A stretch of 63,306 nucleotides of DNA, counting the filler, from Aduncisulcus paluster (lineage: Eukaryota): NCBI GenBank assembly GCA_024181965.1. It is 11 parts of 11 records of this genome, joined end to end, with 100 filler letters (N's around TTAATTAATTAA, not from the genome) between each part and the next. Parts side by side here need not be neighbours in the genome. Positions count along the whole stretch, not along the records: positions 1 to 19,584 come from BQXS01010240.1; 10 more parts are not named here. One strand, written 5' to 3'. A model generated the notes under the pieces. The model saw only the letters and a list, made by a program, of their open reading frames with translations, made no database searches and was not told the DNA's origin. The position numbers were made by a program, and so were the translations under genes. This document shows, in pieces, positions 1 through 11,405 of this stretch; position 1 is the stretch's first letter, and each line of letters starts with the position of its first letter.

Positions 1-2748
1 ACGACCGTATTTTGAGTCTTCTTCGGTAAACAGCTCGGTGGAACAACGGCGAGAAGAACGGCGGATCTTTCGGCCCTTACCGGTCAGAATCCATTGTTGC
101 AGCATTTCTTGTTCTGCAAGCAATCGTTGCTGTTCCCGAAGGATCTCCTCTTCTTTCTCTCTTTCTTTCCTCTTGATGGCTTCAATCTTAACCTCGGCTT
201 TTCTCTGTTTTCTTCTCTCCTCTCTCCTCTTCTTCTCTTCTGCCTTGCGTTTTAATCTCTCCTCTTCTTTTTGGAGTTTTTCTTCTCGTTTCTTCCTATT
301 TTCTTCTCGCTTTATCCGTTCAGTCATTCGTTTCATCTCTGCTTCTTCTTTTTGGATCACTCTTTGTGTTGAACTCTTTGAAATCTCATCCTCGATGGAG
401 GCACAGAGGCGCGTCATGACTGGCTTGTGACACCGTAGGAACATTGTAATGTCAGATATAGGTCGTGGTGAGAAAGAGAATATGTTAGGATCGACCATGA
501 CGACCTCATCATCAACAAAGGCTGCGGATACAAGGCTTCTATCTGGATCACTTGATGTCAGGGAACTCCAGAGGCACTGCCAACCACGCCTTTTGCCACA
601 CACGGCAAGGATAAGCTCAATGTCCTCAATAAGCATGTCTAAGGGATGTGGGAGAGCGGGGAGGGAGGAGGAAGAGGATGGAGAGACGGACACATGGAAT
701 GGGGGGGTATATTTTCGTTTGATGTTGGTTCTAGATTGTTTCTTTTTACCACTACCACTGTCGACAGATGATGATTCGCCACCTTTCTTTGATGCTCCCA
801 CAGATGGATTAGATCCTGAATCTTTTCCCTTGTCCTTTGATGGCGATTCTTGATAGTTGCACCACGATCGCATTGTGTACTCCTCCCTCTCTCCTTTCTT
901 CTCCAGTCCCCTCTTCGACCACATCCATAGGACCTCACGCGTGCACAGAACATCCTCCCATACTCGAACACCCATAATACGCCTTATACGTGATATAAGG
1001 GAGTCTGAAAAGAGATATGGGTGGGAGAAGAAGGAATAGAAGATGGGAAGAGAAGGGAATGAAGTGGAGGGGGCGAAGGAAGGCGGTGGGAGAGAGAGAG
1101 AGGACACAAAGGGGTGCAGAGAGGATGGTAGAGGGAGAGGATGACCATGGGGGATCACAGAAGGAATGGGTTCAGAGTCAGAGATACCACAAGGCACGGC
1201 ATCAGAGGCATTGTCAGATGGAATAGAGGATGATTCGCCACCTTTCTTTGATGCTCCCACAGATGGATTAGATCCTGAATCTTTTCCCTTGTCCTTTGAT
1301 GGCGATTCTTGATAGTTGCACCACGATCGCATTGTGTACTCCTCCCTCTCTCCTTTCTTCTCCAGTCCCCTCTTCGACCACATCCATAGGACCTCACGCG
1401 TGCACAGAACATCCTCCCATACTCGAACACCCATAATACGCCTTATACGTGATATAAGGGAGTCTGAAAAGAGATATGGGTGGGAGAAGAAGGAATAGAA
1501 GATGGGAAGAGAAGGGAATGAAGTGGAGGGGGCGAAGGAAGGCGGTGGGAGAGAGAGAGAGGACACAAAGGGGTGCAGAGAGGATGGTAGAGGGAGAGGA
1601 TGACCATGGGGGATCACAGAAGGAATGGGTTCAGAGTCAGAGATACCACAAGGCACGGCATCAGAGGCATTGTCAGATGGAATAGAGGACTCCTTATGGG
1701 GAGTTGAATCAATTGTTGTTGAAGGAATGGTGGAATCTGAAGAATTTTGCTTTGGAAACTGTTTAAAGGCGCAGAAATCATTATTAAAATCATGCGATAT
1801 TATACAACCTTGAGCTTCAGAATTTCGAACAACGTTAACTAGTGGTTCCAATGCATTAATAACAGTGGGAATTGTTTTATAGCTATGTTTTGTTGGAGAA
1901 AACTCAAATATGATACTTTCGGCGAGGGCTTGAAGAGGAATGTTGAATTGAATGGCATTCCGAATACACTCAAGGATTTTTTTACATCTACCCAAAACTT
2001 TCCAAAGTCGGAGAAAGAATGGACGATAGGCTTGAAGATTATTGTCGAAAAAATAGAAACAAATTAAAAATAGGAGTTGTTCCGCAAAAGTCCAATTCCA
2101 CCCAACACAACAATTTCTAGAATATATTATTTGTTCGATATGAGGTAATTTTGAGAAAGGAAGCGTTGTAGCAAGATGTGGAGTGAACTCAATTGTTGGA
2201 AAAGGTTTGATACTGGTAATGTTCAATGAATGCTTAAAAAAAGATGATTTCATCGAAGATGAAAATATTCTTCGTTTTCCATGCGTAAGGGCCGGAATAT
2301 TTTTAAATATATTTGTCAAAAGCCAAGATTGAAGAAGATCTTGATTTAATTTTTCGTTAAATGAATCAATATCAGATTTCATGGATCTCCATTGATCATC
2401 CAGAAGACGAAGAATGAGAGAAATGGATTTTTGTGGATTTTTATGCAATGTTAACAACTCAATTGCGAATTGAGTTTTACAGAATTGACGATCAGTAAAT
2501 GGTAATAGAGCAGAAATAATATCGCTCATTGATGTCAAGGATTCACTTTTAATGAATTTTGATGCTCTCTTACGCATTTTGTTCATAGTAATAATTTGGG
2601 AAGGACGCATTCTTGAAAAATGCTTTGATCGACCAGACACAGGCATTTGGATTTCCAAATCTGAGGTTCCATCTGACTCTTGGGTGATCACAAGGGAAAA
2701 CTTCTTCTTCCTTTGCATCATATGAGCAAAACAATCAAAATCCATCAT
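1..2748 (-). CDS. Large hypothetical protein (>=916 aa, runs off the window start) with an in-frame 153-aa tandem duplication and a K/E/R-rich coiled coil
   Basis: Manual minus-strand translation from ATG 2748 (MMDFDCFAHMMQRKKKF...) is open through the repeat, and the frame reaches position 1; it is absent from the ORF track because it has no stop. A short upstream exon (MLFK.., GTTTAT...TTAATAG) is possible but unproven. Confidence 0.75.
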   Translation of the reverse strand, partial: MMDFDCFAHMMQRKKKFSLVITQESDGTSDLEIQMPVSGRSKHFSRMRPSQIITMNKMRKRASKFIKSESLTSMSDIISALLPFTDRQFCKTQFAIELLTLHKNPQKSISLILRLLDDQWRSMKSDIDSFNEKLNQDLLQSWLLTNIFKNIPALTHGKRRIFSSSMKSSFFKHSLNITSIKPFPTIEFTPHLATTLPFSKLPHIEQIIYSRNCCVGWNWTFAEQLLFLICFYFFDNNLQAYRPFFLRLWKVLGRCKKILECIRNAIQFNIPLQALAESIIFEFSPTKHSYKTIPTVINALEPLVNVVRNSEAQGCIISHDFNNDFCAFKQFPKQNSSDSTIPSTTIDSTPHKESSIPSDNASDAVPCGISDSEPIPSVIPHGHPLPLPSSLHPFVSSLSLPPPSFAPSTSFPSLPIFYSFFSHPYLFSDSLISRIRRIMGVRVWEDVLCTREVLWMWSKRGLEKKGEREEYTMRSWCNYQESPSKDKGKDSGSNPSVGASKKGGESSSIPSDNASDAVPCGISDSEPIPSVIPHGHPLPLPSSLHPFVSSLSLPPPSFAPSTSFPSLPIFYSFFSHPYLFSDSLISRIRRIMGVRVWEDVLCTREVLWMWSKRGLEKKGEREEYTMRSWCNYQESPSKDKGKDSGSNPSVGASKKGGESSSVDSGSGKKKQSRTNIKRKYTPPFHVSVSPSSSSSLPALPHPLDMLIEDIELILAVCGKRRGWQCLWSSLTSSDPDRSLVSAAFVDDEVVMVDPNIFSFSPRPISDITMFLRCHKPVMTRLCASIEDEISKSSTQRVIQKEEAEMKRMTERIKREENRKKREEKLQKEEERLKRKAEEKKRREERRKQRKAEVKIEAIKRKEREKEEEILREQQRLLAEQEMLQQWILTGKGRKIRRSSRRCSTELFTEEDSKYGR
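770..1689. repeat. Apparently perfect 459-bp tandem duplication (2 copies) inside the minus-strand CDS
   Basis: 770-1228 matches 1229-1687; the ORF track shows identical ORFs offset by 459 (857/1316, 1017/1476); 459 nt = 153 codons. Confidence 0.95.
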
Positions 2749-3157
2749 CTCGCAAATCCTATTAAGATCAATCAGAAAGAATAATATGAAAGTCGAAAAA
2801 ATATTCTTAATTTATCAAAGAAGAAAAATCAAAACCAAAATATAAACATTTTGAAGAGCATAGGGGCAGAAATCGCAACTGGCGAAGATTGAATCTTCCT
2901 TAATCTAGATAAATTAGCACAGAATTCAAGCAAAAAAGTTAATAAATTAAAAAAACACTTGGCATTTTATAAAACAAATTCTCTTGATTCAACAAAAAGA
3001 GAGATAATGAAAATTGGAAATTCCGAGCTATCAATAGAGAAAAGTATAAAAGAAGCAGAGACTTTTGGAATAAATAAAAGAGATTTGTTCAAAAATCTAT
3101 CTTTTACTTTATTATTTAGATTTTCAAGGCAGGAAGCCCGAAAAACCAAAATATCTT

Positions 3158-5224
3158 ATGATTGTTTGCATCATCCAAATGTCGACACCCGACATTTCGC
3201 AGATTCAACTGTTATACAGTCGAGGAGTTGCATATGAGCGGCAAGGTAAGACTGAAGAGGCTTTGACTACTTTTTCTCGAGTGTTGGAGCTAGATCCCTC
3301 TTTTTCACAGGCAGCTTTTGCGAGAGCAAAGCTTTTAAATACTCAAGGACATATAGCTCAAGCAATAGAAGAATATAGAAAAGCATTATCGACAGATGAC
3401 TCAAGAGATCCACAATTACATACCCCAAGGATTGGTGGGGCATCACCTTCAATAGCAAGATCCTATTCATCTTTATCTCTATCTCGGCCTGTGACTCCAA
3501 TGTCTGCCCGGATGGGGAGAGGTCTTCGTCGAAGTTTACGACAATCCACAAGATCTGCCAGTGCTATCAGATCTCCCTCATACACAAGGAGGATTGATCC
3601 TACATCTGATGCTAAGTCTATGCGCAAAAAGGTTTCTCGTGAAATCGATCAATTTGTACCCAATTTTGGGAAAACTCTTCTCGAGCATTTTCGTAAAGCC
3701 AAACAGACCTGGTCTTCGACTCCAACTCCATCCAGACCTCCAGGAATGCAAATGAGAGCTAAATCTGCGGCTCCTACGACAGGATCTTCCGCTGCTTCGT
3801 CCCCCACCACCGGCAATGGTTCAGGTCTTGTAGGTGCTGCCTCTTCCATTGGTACTACCAGTGGAATGGTTGGAGGTGCTACTAGTGCGTCTCATAGCCT
3901 TGCTGATCGTTACCATGCCCTTGGATTCAGTGCCAGACGTCGTGGTGACTTTGAAGAGGCTGTAAAATACTATACAAAAGCCATTGAAGCATGCCCTGAT
4001 CACTTTAAAGCCTTTTTCAATCGTGGATTTAGCTATGATAAGATGGGAAGGTATCCGGAGGCCATTGAGAACTATAACAAGGTGATTGAACTCAAACCTG
4101 ATAACGCCTATGCTTATTACAACAGAGGAATATCTTATGACAGAGCTGGTGACTTTAAACGAGCTATTGAATCGTTTTCTGAGGCTATCAAGCTTAACCC
4201 CACCAACGCAGACTTTTTCCATAATAGAGGATTCTCCTATCGTAAAATGGGGGAATTTAAGAAAGCAATTGAAGATTATACGCGTTGTTTGGAGCTCTGT
4301 CCTAATCACTTCAAAGCCTTCTATAACAGAGCCTTCGCTTTTGACAAACTTGCCCAATATGACAAAGCAATTGAAAATTATTCGTATGCTCTGGATATTG
4401 ACCCCAAGAATTCAAATGCTTTGCACAATAGAGGGAGTGCCTATGATCGGATTGGAAAATATGACGAAGCCATTGCTGACTTTCGGAAATCTTTATCCAT
4501 TGATCCCCGTGCCCCAGGGACACATAACTCATGTGGTCTGGCCTTTGATCACCGTGGAGACCATAAAGATGCCGTCGAGGAATTTACAAAAGCCATATCT
4601 CTCGATTCTACGAACCCTATTTTCTACCACAATCGGGGGTTCTCTCGGCGTTGTGTTGGAGAGTATAAACTTGCCATCGCTGATTACTCCAAAGCTATCG
4701 AACTGAACCCAAGCAACGTGGCTGCATATAACAATCGTGGGTTTGCCTATCGAAAGCTTGAGCTCTATGATGAAGCCATTAGTGATTACGGGATGTCCCT
4801 TCGCCTCTGTCCGGACAGTATCAAGACATTCAACAACCGTGGGTATGCCTATGCGAAGAAAGGAGATTACAAACGGGCCATTCTTGACTATGACAATGTG
4901 ATACGTCTCGATCCCATCAACGTACATGCCTTCCACAACAGGGGTATTAGTTATGATAAACAAAATATGTTCAGCGAGGCCATTCGTGATTTTACAAGAG
5001 TGATTGAACTCGATCCAACCAATGCCAATGCTTATTTCAATCGTGGAAGCTCGTATGACAGTGCTGGATACTTCGATAAAGCTATTTCTGATTACACGAA
5101 GGCCCTGGAACTAGAAACTCAACAAAGGGCTGGAAAGAAGAGTGTTGGAGGAGTTAGTGTATCTGCAGCCCTTGAAAATGTTCAAAAGAAAAAGGAAGAA
5201 GAGGAAAAGGAAGAAAGGAAATGA
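3158..5224 (+). CDS. Tetratricopeptide repeat protein (2 N-terminal TPRs, Ser/Arg-rich linker, about 12 tandem TPRs)
   Basis: Regular 34-aa repeats of the type AYYNRGISYDRAGDFKRAIESFSEAIKLNP; the start may be the ATG at 3179 (MSTPDI). Confidence 0.92.
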   Translation: MIVCIIQMSTPDISQIQLLYSRGVAYERQGKTEEALTTFSRVLELDPSFSQAAFARAKLLNTQGHIAQAIEEYRKALSTDDSRDPQLHTPRIGGASPSIARSYSSLSLSRPVTPMSARMGRGLRRSLRQSTRSASAIRSPSYTRRIDPTSDAKSMRKKVSREIDQFVPNFGKTLLEHFRKAKQTWSSTPTPSRPPGMQMRAKSAAPTTGSSAASSPTTGNGSGLVGAASSIGTTSGMVGGATSASHSLADRYHALGFSARRRGDFEEAVKYYTKAIEACPDHFKAFFNRGFSYDKMGRYPEAIENYNKVIELKPDNAYAYYNRGISYDRAGDFKRAIESFSEAIKLNPTNADFFHNRGFSYRKMGEFKKAIEDYTRCLELCPNHFKAFYNRAFAFDKLAQYDKAIENYSYALDIDPKNSNALHNRGSAYDRIGKYDEAIADFRKSLSIDPRAPGTHNSCGLAFDHRGDHKDAVEEFTKAISLDSTNPIFYHNRGFSRRCVGEYKLAIADYSKAIELNPSNVAAYNNRGFAYRKLELYDEAISDYGMSLRLCPDSIKTFNNRGYAYAKKGDYKRAILDYDNVIRLDPINVHAFHNRGISYDKQNMFSEAIRDFTRVIELDPTNANAYFNRGSSYDSAGYFDKAISDYTKALELETQQRAGKKSVGGVSVSAALENVQKKKEEEEKEERK

Positions 5225-5823
5225 AAGGAAAATAATCTGGATTATCATCATATCATGAGATTTCATTGATTCTTTTTATTCTTTCTCACTCCTTTATGAA
5301 AGGTTTTTATATTTCAGTTAAATTAATTCTTATTCGCTTCTTTTTAATAGCTCTTCTTGTAAAAGGTCAGGCTACTAAAAAATTATTCCTTTTTTTTCTT
5401 TTGAATCAAAAGTTTTGATTTTGTCACACAATTGTTGCAAATTGTATAACTTTGTTCCATGGTACAAAAATTAATTTTTTATATTTTATATGAAAAAGTC
5501 CATTTTGAGCTTTTCTATTATCACTTAGTACTGATGTATTTCATTTTACTACTTAGTAGTAGTTCCAAATTCTATTTTTATTCTCTGAGAAAGAGCCTAT
5601 ATTTATTCTGAGGGTGATTCTTGTTGTCATCATCCTGCCTGCAAGATGGAACTCCCGTGTGAAGTTTCAAAGTAAACTTTGACCTGTATTGATGGTGATT
5701 AATATTATTAAAATCATTATTGTTTCAGTTTAGAATATACTATACTATCTACACTGTATTATCCATGGAATTCGATAAACCGAAAGATCTGATTAAGAAC
5801 TATCAACAAGACCCAGAAAAAGG

Positions 5824-6234
5824 CTAATAGCCTTCAGATAGGCCCTTAATCTCGTCAACAATGTGCCTTGGAAGGTGTGCAACAACTGAAGATAGAGGTT
5901 GGCATGCAAATGGAAGATGCTCGTGAGGATGAATATATTTGGCAGGAAGGTGGGAAATACAACATAATTGGGGTAGAGTAGATTCTTTTGAATAAGCTAT
6001 TTCCGAAGAAAACAATGGTTTCTCAATAGTTTGGATGGATATATCCTGGCCTTCCTTCTCAGTGGCATCAAGAAGTATCTCAACTTTGGAGGATTCTGCG
6101 ATGGATCCAAATTTAGATTTACCTCTTCTAATTCTATTTGCTTTCATTGAAGATATAAATTCAAAGTCTCTAAAGCTATATCGAGTGGATATGTTTTCAA
6201 TAGCTTGTCGGGTATCTTTTCTGTCTTTGGCCAT
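5824..6234 (-). CDS. YL1 C-terminal domain protein, Ies6/INO80C-like chromatin remodeller subunit
   Basis: C-terminal PQLCCISHLPAKYIHPHEHLPFA..VVAHLPRHIVDEIKGL resembles the YL1_C consensus (C.ITGLPAKY.DP.T.LPY); small size fits Ies6. Confidence 0.65.
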   Translation of the reverse strand: MAKDRKDTRQAIENISTRYSFRDFEFISSMKANRIRRGKSKFGSIAESSKVEILLDATEKEGQDISIQTIEKPLFSSEIAYSKESTLPQLCCISHLPAKYIHPHEHLPFACQPLSSVVAHLPRHIVDEIKGLSEGY

Positions 6235-7651
6235 TAGAAAATTTGTTAATAAATGATAAAATAGTATTTATACATATAGAATATCGTAATATTTGAACCT
6301 TATAGAGTTGAAAATATTGCTATGATGGCCAAAGATTAAATTTACTTCCCGCAAGTCCCCTCACTGGATATAGAAGCTTTATGGAGAGAATTTATCTGAG
6401 TTCTTCCTTTATTGATCATTTTAAAATTATTAAACTATCATTTCTTGATTGATTGTACCTATAAAAAAATTTTTACACAGCTGATGAACATCTAGAAACA
6501 AATTTACTTTAATATGATTATTGAATATAATAATGGAATTTCCGTACGTTTTGGAGGATAATAAATGAAAGAGGCGATTAATACGATGAAAGTCGCCAAA
6601 TGAATCAATTATCAATCAAAACTAAAAAAAAAAAAACATTTTCTTTGGCAGAAAACAATTGATAAAAGAACCATTATTATTGTATCAGTAATGCATGAGC
6701 ATGAATATTACTACATCTTGCAAGAGTCAAGAAAACAATATTTATATATATAAAAGAATCAGAATAAAATAAGAGAATTTAAAAAAAAGTAAAGGGAAAA
6801 GAGTTATTTACGACGGTTATTACAAAAAGCTACACAAACCGATCGAACTCTTCACTCAAAACCATCAGTATTTCTTTAAAAGTAGACAACTTATTATGCA
6901 ACAAAATATAGGATGTAATTAATCACTATCTTTCAAAAGATTATTATAAAACCAGACAGAATATTATAGTTGACAAACTATCATTGAAAACTGATGTGAT
7001 ATGTAATAAAACAGAAAGGAAGGGAGAAAAAAGAAAGAAAAAAAAAAAAAAAAGAATAGATAGATATCAAAATATATAATGTTAATATGTATAAATATAA
7101 ATATTGGAAGAAATACGACACAATATAGAGAAAAAATGACACAAAGATGCCAAAATAAACTCTCATAATATGTTTGTAAAGTATTGAATACTTAGCAATA
7201 GGATAGTGGGGAGAAGAAGGCAATATTTTCAATATATATGTGACATCAATAAGGTCATTGAGCTGGGAAAAGTAATTAAAATTCAAGGGAAAAGTACAAG
7301 AAAAAAATAAAATAAAAAAATAAAAAAAAAAATAAATAAATAAATAAAAAACAGTGAAATCTCAGATGTAAATAATATATATTTATAGATTTAAAAAGAG
7401 AATAAATTACTCACGCAGATAGATTATGAAACAACTTCTGAGATCTCAGACCTGAGTGAGAGAAGAAAAAGAAGAGAACTTGAAAAAGAAAGATAAAAAT
7501 TAATTATTATAATTAAAGGCCATGAAAAGTTTCCGAAAAGAAATGTCACATTTCAATTGTAAAAATAAATTAAGAGAGGATAATGCAGGAAAAGCGGAGG
7601 ATATATAATCAAGACATAAAACAACAAAATAAAGTATACTAAACTATACTC

Positions 7652-10522
7652 TTAGTCAATAATCCACCCATCCGCTGAATATTTAACAGCCGTAATACAG
7701 CACATTGATACACACAGGAATCCTCGAGAGGAAGAAACGTCGCAGTTACGACAAGAAGCACGACGTTTTGTTTCTCTCGAGTTGTGTGGAGAGAGCAACA
7801 TTGGCGACGGCAATCCATCCGCATACCTGGCAGAACATGGAGTTGGTGTCACAACCCTTGAGGAATTAGCTGATACTGGGAGAGAAGCACTTGTTCGGAA
7901 TAAGGAAGAAAGTCCATCACTTTCGAGCAACATTGCCTCACCACTGCCTCGTCTTTTCCTTGTCTTCTTGAAAGAATCACAAATCTCTCTGAAAACATCA
8001 CCTTCTACTATCCTTTCCTTGCGATCATCACCCATACTGCTTGGACTCTTCTTATTCATATCGCAGGACACCGGATCCTCTTCTTCCTCTTCTTTCGCAG
8101 GAAAGCATGACAATATGTCTGGTACATCCTCGTTGTGCTGATCGTCCAAGTCATCACCAAGGATAATTGTGGATGAGAGAGAAGACGAGGAGACAGATGA
8201 TGATGTACTGGAAGGAACAGAGATATGAGGTTTCTTTCGAGTATTACCAGTACTTGACAGTCCCTCGCACAGAGAATTCTGATTAGAACTTCCCTGAAGC
8301 TTATCTCCATTTCTACTAAGCAATAACGAGCAGATCTCTTTTCCATGCTCAGCACAAACATCATGATAAGTGTCTCCAAAGTCATGTCGTAGGAAACCAG
8401 GATTAACCCTTCCACTCGGCCTACGAGACAATTCATGGTCTTCGACTTCGCTGCTCTCTTCATCAGGACTCTCACTTCCAGACGCTTCTGAATTAGAGTC
8501 GATAACTCTCGTGGAGTGTTGTTGGGAAGACGCATGATAGTCATCCCCTCCAGGTGTATAATCCCCAATGATCTCCTCAAACTCATCAACAGGGAAACTA
8601 TTGGCTGTTTTCTTAGTCATTCCGGGACAATGATCAGCCCCTTTGTGTAATCCGAGACCATCAGTGCCACCAGAGGAGTCGATCTCAACGTTGATTGCAC
8701 TGGGACTCCCTGTGGATGTAGCCGAAACACTCATACTGGTTATACAAGAACTAATTATACAAGAACTAATGTTATTGCGAAGAGCAGAAGTAGGGGATAA
8801 GGGTCTGACTGGTGCACTAATGGAATCTTTCGGATTAAAGCCAGGAGGGGCACTAACTTCAGTGTCAAGAGAAAGGAATGAATGAGACTCAGGTTTGGCA
8901 TATGATACGTGGTCTGAATCATCCGTCATACGATCACTGGTATCCTCCTGACAAGGGGATGTTGAATCACACAGCATACTCTTCTTCCTCTCGATCACAA
9001 GGGGGTTGGAAAGGAAGAAATGGTTCAGATTGTTCTCACTGGCACATGTCAACAGGGGAGGTGAAGGGATGAGAGACTGTCTCTTGAAATCACTGAAATC
9101 AGTAGGTTGGGAACAGACTTCTTCCTCTTCACACTCATTGCTATCTTCCCTACCTCCACAATCACTATAATCGGTTGTTTTGGGCTCCACTTTGTAGGAA
9201 AACACCGACAATGAAGGATGATCTTCTTCAATAACGTCAGGAAAGCAGGGTTGACTCAATGAATTGTTAAGAGAACGATGAAGGGTAGTATCTTCATACT
9301 TCGAGGTGGAAGATGAAGCGGATTTCATCTTGGCTTTTCGCTGGGTCCGATGTTTTCTCCTTATCCGTGAGGAACCAATCAACAAAGGCCTGCGATCTTC
9401 CTCATCATCGCATAGAATACATCGTTTCCCACTCGCTCTAGACTTGTGCTGCTCGAGCTGGGCAGAAAGTGGAGTGAAGGACGATACCCGATGGATAAAA
9501 CTATCCTTGTTGTTAAAGCAAATGTCAACGTTGCCGTGAAGGAACATCCCAAAGCCGAATCGAGATGCGTTGAGCTCGGATGCAATGGTGGTCACAAGGG
9601 AATGGACGGTATGCGGAAGAAGTGGGTGACCACAGGGAGGATCGATAGAAAGTTGCACAGCAGCCTCTATGGAAAGTGTAAGGACAAGAGGAATACTTTT
9701 AAGGAATTGCTGGGGAGAATAGAGGGTGTGCAAGTGGGAATGAGGTATAAGAGAATCGTTGACAAACCGAGTTATGGCTTCTTTTCCGCGAATGATAAAG
9801 CCATTGGATATCGAAGGGAAAAGCTGTTCTGGAGATGATTGATGGCTTTTAGAAGAAGAAAACCGGTAAAACGAATTGGAATGAGTGGGTTGGCCTGGGG
9901 TTTTAGGAGAGTGAGTTGATGAAGCTATCCGGCTCGTAATAATGGGGTCAGCATCAGAAACACCCGTGTCAATTGAAGAAAATCGCTTAATATCTGCAGA
10001 GTCTAACTCAGCTACAACACAAACATGAGTGTGTTGCTTCGATAATGCAACCCGATAGTTTGGGGGACTTATTCGAAACATGAGGATATATTTAGAACTT
10101 ATGAGATAAAAAAATGGGAGATTATCGGAGTAAAACTTCGAAAATAGTGAGTTGAGAGGAGCTAAAAATTCACTGTTCGTCTCACTTGGTGGGGGGTCCG
10201 GAAAAGAGAAATAATATGAACTATTATTCAATAAACTTTGTATTTTAGGTATTTTTGTAGGGGAAATGGATGGAGGTACAAATAACCTCGAAACTAACTT
10301 TGACTTTAATCGACAATCCATCGGCAATGATTCTTGAAGACCTCTAGGGGAATGTTTAAGGATATTAGCACGACTTAATGCCGGTGGCAATGAAAAAGGA
10401 GAGTATAATGGCTCTATATCATGCTTATGAGGAAGAACTTGTGGAGATTGACCAATTCCAACCGGTCGAAAGAAAGTCTCCCTTCCTTTATCAGAAGATA
10501 ATTCAAACTGCCCCTTTCTCAT
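7652..10522 (-). CDS. DONSON: Divergent DONSON-family replication protein with a long disordered insertion
   Basis: Collinear DONSON-like blocks: LPMDCRLKSKL, SSYYFSFP, LNSLFSKFYSDNLPFFYLISSKYILMFR, FIIRG, TLYSPQQFLKS, PLLPHTVHSL, ICFN, then about 600 aa of Ser/acidic low complexity. Confidence 0.75.
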   Translation of the reverse strand: MRKGQFELSSDKGRETFFRPVGIGQSPQVLPHKHDIEPLYSPFSLPPALSRANILKHSPRGLQESLPMDCRLKSKLVSRLFVPPSISPTKIPKIQSLLNNSSYYFSFPDPPPSETNSEFLAPLNSLFSKFYSDNLPFFYLISSKYILMFRISPPNYRVALSKQHTHVCVVAELDSADIKRFSSIDTGVSDADPIITSRIASSTHSPKTPGQPTHSNSFYRFSSSKSHQSSPEQLFPSISNGFIIRGKEAITRFVNDSLIPHSHLHTLYSPQQFLKSIPLVLTLSIEAAVQLSIDPPCGHPLLPHTVHSLVTTIASELNASRFGFGMFLHGNVDICFNNKDSFIHRVSSFTPLSAQLEQHKSRASGKRCILCDDEEDRRPLLIGSSRIRRKHRTQRKAKMKSASSSTSKYEDTTLHRSLNNSLSQPCFPDVIEEDHPSLSVFSYKVEPKTTDYSDCGGREDSNECEEEEVCSQPTDFSDFKRQSLIPSPPLLTCASENNLNHFFLSNPLVIERKKSMLCDSTSPCQEDTSDRMTDDSDHVSYAKPESHSFLSLDTEVSAPPGFNPKDSISAPVRPLSPTSALRNNISSCIISSCITSMSVSATSTGSPSAINVEIDSSGGTDGLGLHKGADHCPGMTKKTANSFPVDEFEEIIGDYTPGGDDYHASSQQHSTRVIDSNSEASGSESPDEESSEVEDHELSRRPSGRVNPGFLRHDFGDTYHDVCAEHGKEICSLLLSRNGDKLQGSSNQNSLCEGLSSTGNTRKKPHISVPSSTSSSVSSSSLSSTIILGDDLDDQHNEDVPDILSCFPAKEEEEEDPVSCDMNKKSPSSMGDDRKERIVEGDVFREICDSFKKTRKRRGSGEAMLLESDGLSSLFRTSASLPVSANSSRVVTPTPCSARYADGLPSPMLLSPHNSRETKRRASCRNCDVSSSRGFLCVSMCCITAVKYSADGWIID

Positions 10523-11405
10523 ATATTCTCTTGATAATATAATAAAGGGACTCGTCGAAAACAGAGAAATAGGAAGAAAAATAGCCTGGGCCCATTACAA
10601 ACTAAACATGAGATCAAATTAATAATATTCTATTGTTGTTTGAAGTTTTATTCCATTCTATTTCTCTCAGAATCCGATGGATAATCCATGAATGAAGTTC
10701 GCCGGTTTAAGAACGGTTCAACCGGAAGATTTATATTGGTCATTTTGACAGATATAAATTGTTTATTGGCAATATTATATAAATTATGTACATTAGATCA
10801 ATGTTTTGTGCTTTGAGGAAAGTGAAACAACTTGTTTGAAACATTTCAAAACGCGTTAGCTTGTTTGATATCATACTTTGAATATAGAAATCTTGCCTTG
10901 AAATGTTTTTTGATTATTCTATTCCATTATTGATCTTTATTGTATAACTGTTGGATTGACGAACTAATTGCACTTCTGTGGGTTCAACTCACTGAGTTGT
11001 TGATGTTTGTCCTCTTCGAACTCTTCCATTGTAAATATTTTACAATCAAAGTTAATGATCTTGTTTTGCGAAATAAGGCCAATGTTTCCATTGTAATAGC
11101 AATGATTAGGAATGGAGATTTTCATCATGAGATTGGGACATCCCCCTAAATAATACTTTTAATTCGAGGTTATATTACAACAATTCTTACAATATTGTGT
11201 TTTTTTTTCTACCATTTAATGTTCTCTTTGGATTTATTATCGCCATTAACGGTATCTTTCTTTGATGCGATCCTTTTGACGAACTCTCTCAGAGCACGTT
11301 ATTTTTTAGAAAATAATTGATTTCTCGTTGGTCAATAACCATTTCTATTCCGTTTTTCATCCTTTAATTATATTTATATATTTTATTTCAAAGGCATCAA
11401 AATAT

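Noticed and set aside
38-2067. Many short ORF-track ORFs (here and antisense to VPS13, copine, TPR etc.)
   Set aside because: Shadow frames of longer real CDSs, often Ser/Phe-rich antisense reads of K/E-rich coding sequence
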